Virus record (IMG/VR): IMGVR_UViG_3300023214_000441
Span: 1 to 42,967 of that record
DNA length: 42,967 bases
Strand: one strand, 5' to 3'
Source of the DNA: a virus
Taxonomy: Duplodnaviria; Caudoviricetes
Position numbers and translations under genes: made by a program. Positions 37,399 through 42,967 of the stretch are shown one piece after another (the first letter of the stretch is position 1; every line of letters starts with the position of its first letter). The notes beneath the pieces are model-generated. The model was not told the origin of the DNA. It made no database searches and saw only the letters and a program-made list of their open reading frames with translations.

Positions 37399-37779
37399 TC
37401 AGGCCGCCGTCACCGCCGCCGGCATGGAAATGATGATATCCTCGGTCGTCTTCCAGATGTTCCCGGACGTCACCGAAATCGGCCCCCCAACGATGGCTTC
37501 GGCCGCGATCAGCTCGGTGTCGTCGATCAGCGCCCAATGCGTCCAGTCCCCCGTCGTATCGATGCTGCCGTCGGTAATGGCCGGGATCGTTAGAAGCCGT
37601 TCGTTGCCCGTCCCGGCCGTGGGGCCGTTGATCGTCGGCCCAATCTTTTGGCCCAGCGAAGCGTTGAGCGCCGCCGTTCGAGTTGTCGGCTCCGACGAGG
37701 TGATGTGCAGCTCGAGACCGGCTCGCCCGGGCACGTCGCCGAGGCCGTTGTCTCTCACGCTGGTTGCCAGAAAGGTCAT
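37399..37779 (-). CDS. Virion structural protein
   Basis: DNGL..LHITSSEPTT..AITDGSIDTTGDWTHWALID..VTSGN. Confidence 0.75.
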   Translation of the reverse strand: MTFLATSVRDNGLGDVPGRAGLELHITSSEPTTRTAALNASLGQKIGPTINGPTAGTGNERLLTIPAITDGSIDTTGDWTHWALIDDTELIAAEAIVGGPISVTSGNIWKTTEDIIISMPAAVTAA

Positions 37780-37803
37780 GTTTTGCCCCTTGTCACGACG
37801 CTC

Positions 37804-38073
37804 TTAAGGCGCCAACGCGCCCGCCACCGCAATCAGCACCGCAGCCGGCACCGCCCATTCGGCGTGCTTTTGGAAGTTGCCGCCGAGAAGCCAGCCGCGC
37901 AGAAAGGAAAGCCGGCGGGCTTTCTGAAACTGCGTGACCTCGCGGATGTAGATGCCGCCGGAAACGGAGACAGCCGCCGCCCAAGCGGGCGACAGCTTCG
38001 CGAGCAGGACAATGACTCCGAAAAGAATCAGTCCCGCGCCGGTGTGGAGCCCGACATCGCGCCAGTCAATCAT
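37804..38073 (-). CDS. Membrane protein
   Basis: Hydrophobic helices with a REVTQ motif. Confidence 0.65.
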   Translation of the reverse strand: MIDWRDVGLHTGAGLILFGVIVLLAKLSPAWAAAVSVSGGIYIREVTQFQKARRLSFLRGWLLGGNFQKHAEWAVPAAVLIAVAGALAP

Positions 38074-38077
38074 GCGC

Positions 38078-38296
38078 CTACATCCGCCGAAAGGACGGCT
38101 GCTCAGCGTAGGACTTCGCCTTCTCGGGGCTGCCGTGATCGTGGGTCATGTCCGATCGAGCGCCGGAAAGCGCCTTGTGGCCCGTGCCGGGCCCCTCGGA
38201 ACCGGGATTGGACATCACCGACTTGCGGCGCGAGCCCGTGAGCAAGCCGTGGGAGCGATTGCGGCCATGTGAATGAGAGCCGCCGGGATAAGCCAT
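38078..38296 (-). CDS. Small His/Ser/Gly-rich protein, first gene after the late-type promoter
   Basis: GGAGG RBS before ATG 38296. Confidence 0.55.
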   Translation of the reverse strand: MAYPGGSHSHGRNRSHGLLTGSRRKSVMSNPGSEGPGTGHKALSGARSDMTHDHGSPEKAKSYAEQPSFRRM

Positions 38297-38343
38297 GCCG
38301 GCCTCCATAATCGAGCGGCATTTTGCCTCACCGCATCGGCGCC

Positions 38344-38372
38344 ATCATAGAGCCGGGGCGCGCAATGAGCAA
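38344..38372 (-). promoter_or_regulatory. Putative promoter for the structural operon
   Basis: TTGCTC (38372-38367)-N17-TATGAT (38349-38344), just past the array. Confidence 0.55.
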
Positions 38373-38384
38373 GCCCTGTCGTCG

Positions 38385-38528
38385 CGCTCTCGCGTGATGG
38401 TGCTCTCCCTCGGGCTGGCTCGCTCGGAAGCCGTGGTACTCTCCTATCATCTGGCTCGCTCCTGAGGCTTGGTACTCTTCCATCGGATGGCTCGCTCCGG
38501 CGTGATGGTGCTCTCCCTCGGGCTGGCT
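38385..38528 (-). ncRNA. TIGR-type dual-spacer guide RNA array, 4 x 36 nt
   Basis: Minus strand: AGCCA gcccgaggg AGAGCACCA tcacgccgg AGCG|AGCCA tccgatgga AGAGTACCA agcctcagg AGCG|AGCCA gatgatagg AGAGTACCA cggcttccg AGCG|AGCCA gcccgaggg AGAGCACCA tcacgcgag AGCG. Confidence 0.9.
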
Positions 38529-38531
38529 GGG

Positions 38532-39377
38532 TCAGTCTCCCATTTCATACCGGCGCGCATCGGAGGCCGTTATGTGGTGGGCGTGATCGCCGAAAGCAAT
38601 GATGTAGGGCAGCGGCGGCTCCGTGCCATGGTACTGACGCCAGGCAGTCTCATGCCAGTGCGCGAGGAACAGCTTGACCGCATAGCGCTTCGCCCTGGCA
38701 TGGATGTGCCCTGGCGCAAGCCTGCCGCCGCTGTAATACTTGTACGCCTCCGTCGTCTTGGAGATTCTCTTGGTTTCAAGGGCGTGTCTCGCCTGCTCGG
38801 CGAAATCACCTGCCTCGTTGCGTTGCGTTTCGTCCTCCTTGCGCGTCTTATAAACGCCGCCGTAGAAGCTCCGTTCGTTGCCCGAGACCTTGACGAAACT
38901 CTCACCGATCTTCCAGCACAAGGTTTTCAGATCGGCATTCCAGGGACGCTTTTTCCCCTTCTCCCACCGTACCGTCGGGTCAAGACCGGCAAAACGCCAG
39001 ATGTGACCGACGGTCGGTGCACGCTCGATATCGATGTGGGCGCTCAGCCCGGTGGCGATCACGGGTCCGATGCCGATCGTTCCTCGGGCCCAGAATGCCA
39101 TCGGATCGTCCAGCGACCAATAGTCGAGCGCAATCTTGATCTGATTCTCGAGATTGGTTGCACGCTGCCGGAACCATTCAATGACCTCATGCGGCTCGCT
39201 AGCATCGATTGCACGGATCTGGTTCGCCGTGCGTTTTCGACGTTCCTGCAATGAATAGTAGAGATTGACCAGAAATCGTGTCTCTTTCTGTCCCAGAGTC
39301 TTGGCCGCCGTTCTCAAATCTTTGTCCAATCTCCGGGCGGGATCGAGATCGTCAATCATTTCAACGAGTTGTGCCAT
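38532..39377 (-). CDS. tasA: Nop-domain/IS110-related RNA-binding protein without a nuclease domain (TasA-like)
   Basis: Coiled coil (LVNLYYSLQERRKRTANQIRA), GIGPVIATGL..IDIERAPTVGHIWRFAGLDP, PWNADLKTLCWKIGESFVK, HIHARAKRYAVKLFLAHW. No room for an N-terminal RuvC and no HNH motif; abuts the array. Confidence 0.85.
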   Translation of the reverse strand: MAQLVEMIDDLDPARRLDKDLRTAAKTLGQKETRFLVNLYYSLQERRKRTANQIRAIDASEPHEVIEWFRQRATNLENQIKIALDYWSLDDPMAFWARGTIGIGPVIATGLSAHIDIERAPTVGHIWRFAGLDPTVRWEKGKKRPWNADLKTLCWKIGESFVKVSGNERSFYGGVYKTRKEDETQRNEAGDFAEQARHALETKRISKTTEAYKYYSGGRLAPGHIHARAKRYAVKLFLAHWHETAWRQYHGTEPPLPYIIAFGDHAHHITASDARRYEMGD

Positions 39378-39380
39378 GAT

Positions 39381-39782
39381 TCATTCCTTTCTTGGCAGCG
39401 TACCCATTCTCGCTTTCCCCGCGGCGATCACGTCCTTGGACATGTGTTCGCGTATCATCCGCCGGCGCTCGGGCCGCGGATAGCGCTCGAGCATCTTGAT
39501 CATGCCGCGGCAGTCGAACTGCCGGCAGGCGAGCGGGCGCCGCTCGTAGATCGTGCAGCCATCCTTGCCGAGATAATGGCACGCGCCTTTAAGCGGGCCC
39601 GATAGCTGATTCAGAATTTTGAAGCCGGGCGCGCCGGTAAGCGGGTTGATGGCCACCTCGTAGCTATACTGGCGCGGATCGTCGCCATGCTCGGGATGCA
39701 GAAACACCGCGTCGTGCCGGCAACACGCGATGCAGCCCTGGCACGGCGGCGAGCCGAGGGGATATTTCTCGTCACTCGTCAT
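39381..39782 (-). CDS. YkgJ-family CxxCxxCC zinc/Fe-S cluster protein
   Basis: CQGCIACC..ACHYLGKDGCTIYERRPLACRQFDC. Confidence 0.9.
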   Translation of the reverse strand: MTSDEKYPLGSPPCQGCIACCRHDAVFLHPEHGDDPRQYSYEVAINPLTGAPGFKILNQLSGPLKGACHYLGKDGCTIYERRPLACRQFDCRGMIKMLERYPRPERRRMIREHMSKDVIAAGKARMGTLPRKE

Positions 39783-39984
39783 CGACGCAACCTCGCAACG
39801 CCTCGTCCAGCCCCTTGCTCAGCGTCTCAACCAGCTGCGTGATTTGCGATTCTGGCTCCTTGCGCGGCGTGCTGATGGACCCGCCGCATGGACGAAAGCC
39901 GTTTTTCGGATCGAGGTCGACGTGGACATACATCGATCCAAATTCGGTCTTGATTTGGCGACAGATGGTGGTAGCGCGGCTCAT
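39772..39984 (-). CDS. Small TSCPD-like (NrdJ C-terminal-like) protein
   Basis: QIKTEFGSMYVHVD..ITQLVETLSKGL; ATGA-coupled start at 39984. Confidence 0.5.
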   Translation of the reverse strand: MSRATTICRQIKTEFGSMYVHVDLDPKNGFRPCGGSISTPRKEPESQITQLVETLSKGLDEALRGCVDDE

Positions 39985-40133
39985 TCTTCCCAGCCCATCA
40001 ACGTCCGGAAGGCATGGATTGGCCATAACAGTATAAAGAGCAAATCCGCCCAAACGCCGCGCGACTCCGTCACGGTCGACAGTATCGTGCCGACAAACAA
40101 CCATCCGATGATCAGGAAATCTAACCAGGTCAT
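39981..40133 (-). CDS. Small membrane peptide (50 aa, not in ORF track)
   Basis: MTWLDFLIIGWLFVGTILSTVTESRGVWADLLFILLWPIHAFRTLMGWEE; ATGA coupling. Confidence 0.55.
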   Translation of the reverse strand: MTWLDFLIIGWLFVGTILSTVTESRGVWADLLFILLWPIHAFRTLMGWEE

Positions 40134-40161
40134 TCAACGTCCCCAAACGGCCCACCCTCGA

Positions 40162-40416
40162 TCACAGTCCGGCCCCCAGTATCCGCGCGGTCGCTCTGAC
40201 ATATCGGCGATGCGCATCTTCCGATCGTCTGTGGCGAATTCGCCGATCGTGAAAGGCCTTCTTAGCTTCCTCATACTCGCGCCTGAGCGCTTCGTCCGCT
40301 GGCCCGAGATCATGCTTGCAGACCACCCGGCCGGCCTCGAGGCATACACTGTACGTGTGGCATGGACACAGAGGCTCGCCATTCTGTGGGCCCACACAGT
40401 AACCGTCGCTGATCAT
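40162..40416 (-). CDS. Cys-rich hypothetical protein
   Basis: CVGPQNGEPLCPC motif; coupled start. Confidence 0.6.
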   Translation of the reverse strand: MISDGYCVGPQNGEPLCPCHTYSVCLEAGRVVCKHDLGPADEALRREYEEAKKAFHDRRIRHRRSEDAHRRYVRATARILGAGL

Positions 40417-40751
40417 GTGTTTTCTCCCTCGATTTCCACCCGCACGGCATATTCCGTGCCGCGCTCTTGCCGGTATACCCAGGTCAGGCGTTCATCGCCG
40501 TCGTCGATGCCAAGACGATCGGCAATCCCATCGACCAGCGCTTTGAACGCTGTCGGCAAATTGTCGTGCTCGTCCTTGATCGCGCGCGGCCCGATGCGCG
40601 TCAGCGTGATCCGGTAGCGCGCCGCCGGCCTCGGTTTCGGGACCGCCATCGCCGCCGCTCTCTCCGCCTTGGCGCGTCGGGCCTTCGCGGCCCAGTGCTC
40701 GCGCCGATTGGCGGCGGAAACGATGCGGAGAGGGATCGTGGCAGTGATCAT
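40413..40751 (-). CDS. RusA-like Holliday junction resolvase/endonuclease
   Basis: SAANRREHW..ITLTRIGPR..DEHDNL..FKALVDGIAD.LGIDD. Confidence 0.8.
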   Translation of the reverse strand: MITATIPLRIVSAANRREHWAAKARRAKAERAAAMAVPKPRPAARYRITLTRIGPRAIKDEHDNLPTAFKALVDGIADRLGIDDGDERLTWVYRQERGTEYAVRVEIEGENT

Positions 40752-40954
40752 CTCGTCTCCTCCGGCCTCATGGCCGCCACGCGATCGGCCCGCACATACC
40801 GCACGTCGCTGTCGAAGATGCGGTGCCAGCACCACGAAACTTCGCTCTCTTTGACGTCTACAGGCCCTTGCTCCGGGTCGAGATCGTCCTCTCCATACAA
40901 CTGTAGCCACAGTTCGTCGGGTGCGCCTCTCTCGTCGGTCTTGATCTCGTCCAT
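40748..40954 (-). CDS. Hypothetical phage protein
   Basis: APDELWLQ..VSWC..IFDSDVRYVRAD. Confidence 0.7.
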   Translation of the reverse strand: MDEIKTDERGAPDELWLQLYGEDDLDPEQGPVDVKESEVSWCWHRIFDSDVRYVRADRVAAMRPEETR

Positions 40955-41205
40955 GGCGTGCCTTTCTGTTTGTCGAGAGCGGAGAGCTTTCACGCTTCGC
41001 CGAGCCGAGCGTTGACGATATGGAGTCGGCACAGCGAATTATGCGGGTTATATCTCCATTGCGCGCACGTCTTTCTCGCCTGCTCCGAGCGTCCTCCGCT
41101 CTCGGGAGGACTGTGTCGGCTGAGACAGCCGGGTCGAGCGGTGCAGTCCCCCGTCATCTGGGGGTCGTACCGACACAGTCCACCGGAGAGCGGTTCTCTG
41201 CCTAC

Positions 41206-41628
41206 CTACAATCCGACGAGTACGTTACGTGCCGCCTTACCCCCATCGCGTTCGATCGTCGAGGGCACGATGTCGCTCCGAAAATTTGGTTCATTGCTGC
41301 CATCTCGCCAATTCTCTTCGTTGGCATAAAATTCGAGCGCTGCGCGTAGCCGCAATACCTCAGTGGCCAGGTCAGGGACTGCCGCCACGAGCTCGGCATT
41401 TGCTCTGCGACGTGGCGGAGGGGAAGTGCCATGCTCACGGCGGCCCATGTCCTGCTCCGTTGGCATCGGCATGATTAGCGCCACACCGCCGCCTGGCGGG
41501 CGAGCACAAATGCTCCAATACATGTAGTCGGCATCTTTTGGATCGTCATTCCATCCGAGATTTTCCCACGGTCCTGGCGTCGCTTCTGCCAGCAACCGCT
41601 CAAGTCGCTCTGTCGATAGGTCAATCAT
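41206..41628 (-). CDS. Ead/Ea22-like protein
   Basis: LLAEATPGPW..ANAELVAAVPDLATEVLRLRAALEFYA. Confidence 0.75.
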   Translation of the reverse strand: MIDLSTERLERLLAEATPGPWENLGWNDDPKDADYMYWSICARPPGGGVALIMPMPTEQDMGRREHGTSPPPRRRANAELVAAVPDLATEVLRLRAALEFYANEENWRDGSNEPNFRSDIVPSTIERDGGKAARNVLVGL

Positions 41629-41713
41629 CCGCTCTCTCCTGTCCAGATATCTAACGGGTGATCTCGTTCGCGAGGGTCATGCTGTTTCGTGTCGAGCGTG
41701 TTCCATGTCATCG

Positions 41714-42124
41714 TCAGACTCCTTCAGGTCTTCGTTGCAGACTGTCCTTCCAGTCACAAGTACCGACGACAATACCTTTCACGAGTCCATCAATTTGCGT
41801 GTAGTCTCCTTCGGTCCATCTCCATGCCTGCGTGCGCTCAGAGATTTCAGGTTTTGCCGCCCATAGATGTATATACCCATCTGCATCTCGTGACGCCCAT
41901 TGCCACTGTTCATCTAGGACTTGCCAAGGAATCATATCCTTGGTCGGCACACAGCGATAACGTATATTTGGATGCCACTGAGGATATGTCGTAAAATGCC
42001 AATCACCATAATTACCTTCAAACTGAATCCTATGACCACGCCACCAATTCCGAAACAACGCAACCGCTTCATCTTCCGGCAATTCACCGAATCTCGGTCG
42101 GTTATTCCAGTTGATCTCAGTCAT
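41714..42124 (-). CDS. Hypothetical phage protein (Trp-rich, lower GC)
   Basis: WQWASRDADG..KP..W..GTCDWKDSLQRRP; AGGAG RBS. Confidence 0.7.
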   Translation of the reverse strand: MTEINWNNRPRFGELPEDEAVALFRNWWRGHRIQFEGNYGDWHFTTYPQWHPNIRYRCVPTKDMIPWQVLDEQWQWASRDADGYIHLWAAKPEISERTQAWRWTEGDYTQIDGLVKGIVVGTCDWKDSLQRRPEGV

Positions 42125-42300
42125 CAGTTGACTCCTTTTCCTCTGCAGAGCGGACACGTCTTCCGACCGAGTCCGCTGGCGATTGAGCCGTGGCCCCGAC
42201 AGTTTGGGCAAGTGTCATCCTCGAGCAGCAGCGGCGCCAATGCGGCGGCCAGAAAGCCCACGGCGACGATGCCGATAATGATCCATGCGAGGGTGATCAT
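42124..42300 (-). CDS. Membrane-anchored DnaJ-type zinc-finger peptide (58 aa, not in ORF track)
   Basis: TM helix, then CPNCRGHG..CPLCRGKG; coupled on both sides. Confidence 0.7.
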   Translation of the reverse strand: MITLAWIIIGIVAVGFLAAALAPLLLEDDTCPNCRGHGSIASGLGRKTCPLCRGKGVN

Positions 42301-42479
42301 GGCGTGGTCTCCGACCGATCGACAGGATATCCTTCGCTATCCAACCGCACGGCAAGCGCGTTTCGGATCTCGAGGATCTGATCGTCCTTTTTCAGCTTCT
42401 GCTTCATGGCCCAATGCTGGACGTCCCAGGCATCGCGCGCCATCAGTTCGAGCGTCGTCAGCGTGATTTTGTCCGTCAT
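42297..42479 (-). CDS. Small hypothetical protein
   Basis: MTDKITLTTLELM..; ATGA coupling. Confidence 0.55.
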   Translation of the reverse strand: MTDKITLTTLELMARDAWDVQHWAMKQKLKKDDQILEIRNALAVRLDSEGYPVDRSETTP

Positions 42480-42652
42480 CGTCCGCCGCCCTCGTTGCCC
42501 GGAAGCGGCACGCCGCTGTCGCGGTGACGCTCCAGATATTCGTGCACCGCCTGCTGGCCAAGCCAGGCAAGCGAAATGCGGTGCCTCTCCGCCAGGGCGC
42601 AGAGCTCGTCGTACTCCCGCTCGGGCAAACTGATGGAAATTCGTGGCTTCAC
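42476..42652 (-). CDS. Ribbon-helix-helix (CopG-like) regulator
   Basis: PRISISLPEREYDELCALAERHRISLAWLGQQAVHEYLER. Confidence 0.8.
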   Translation of the reverse strand: MKPRISISLPEREYDELCALAERHRISLAWLGQQAVHEYLERHRDSGVPLPGNEGGGR

Positions 42653-42768
42653 AGCGATAACCTTCCACAACATGTTCGATCGACAGCGCGTTGCAGCGCA
42701 GCGAACAGATTGTGGCAGGCTGCGCGACATGTCAAGGCGAAAATCCGCCCCATACGCCGGACCCGGTT

Positions 42769-42967
42769 TCAGTCCTCGATAAGGCTGTGATTCACGCGCG
42801 CCGACAGGATTTCCAGCGCGCCGAGCGTGCCCACCGCGTCCTTGGCCGCGCCGTCAGACCAGAAGGTAACAACCGACCCGTCGGACCTCACCGCCGCCGC
42901 GGCAACGCCAATAACGTCGCCCGCATGCATCCGCTCGAGCAGACGCTGCAGCTTGTCCACCCCGTCC
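42769..42967 (-). CDS. Hypothetical protein spanning the circular junction (starts near 245-251)
   Basis: The frame stays open through the repeat: MGRTGRTGCRIGRVRLKAGGGLVYLLPRREAVDPDGVDKLQRLLERMHAGDVIGVAAAAV... Confidence 0.65.
   Translation of the reverse strand, partial: DGVDKLQRLLERMHAGDVIGVAAAAVRSDGSVVTFWSDGAAKDAVGTLGALEILSARVNHSLIED
42824..42967. repeat. Terminal direct repeat, right copy
   Basis: Matches 1-144 with one mismatch. Confidence 0.95.

Noticed and set aside
38385-38528. CRISPR array or simple VNTR
   Set aside because: Repeats and spacers are only 9 nt with two alternating repeat types, and there are no cas genes. Variation is confined to fixed 9-nt windows, unlike a VNTR.
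38469-39254. 261-aa plus-strand ORF over the array and tas gene
   Set aside because: Antisense shadow with no recognisable motifs.
38532-39377. IS110 transposase / insertion sequence
   Set aside because: No N-terminal DEDD RuvC domain and no element ends; the gene is coupled into the phage operon and followed by a dual-spacer array.
1-42967. tRNA/rRNA genes, integrase, DNA or RNA polymerase, alternative genetic code
   Set aside because: None recognised by eye. Core genes are intact in code 11, and the single internal TAG at about 24431 comes with a frameshift, so it is not recoding.

Overview
The window is an apparently complete, circularly assembled GC-rich dsDNA phage genome of about 42.8 kb: bases 1-144 repeat at 42824-42967 with one mismatch. 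It has a podovirus-type virion module (TerL, portal, GroES, scaffold, capsid, P22 gp4/gp10/gp14/gp7-like proteins, ejection proteins, tail fibres). It also carries a holin/SLT endolysin/spanin cassette, a lambdoid replication arm (Cro-like HTH, DnaB, DUF1376, initiator with internal iterons) and a RecE-like/AAA recombination arm. The DnaB style suggests an alphaproteobacterial host (inference). The standout is a compact RNA-guided locus. A nuclease-less Nop/IS110-like protein (38532-39377, minus) is followed 3 bp downstream by four in-phase 36-nt units, each with two 9-nt variable spacers between alternating 9-nt repeats (38385-38528). This is the TIGR-Tas (TasA-type) architecture, with AG rather than TG at the repeat starts. 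I found no integrase or CI repressor, but there is a 28-bp XerC/XerD dif-like site at 1216-1243. Other points: a conserved-looking gene frameshifted by a 7-bp insertion, a (GA)11 tract in an RBS, terS about 10 kb from terL, mirror-image divergent promoters, and candidate structured RNAs. All protein calls come from motif recognition by eye; no searches were run.
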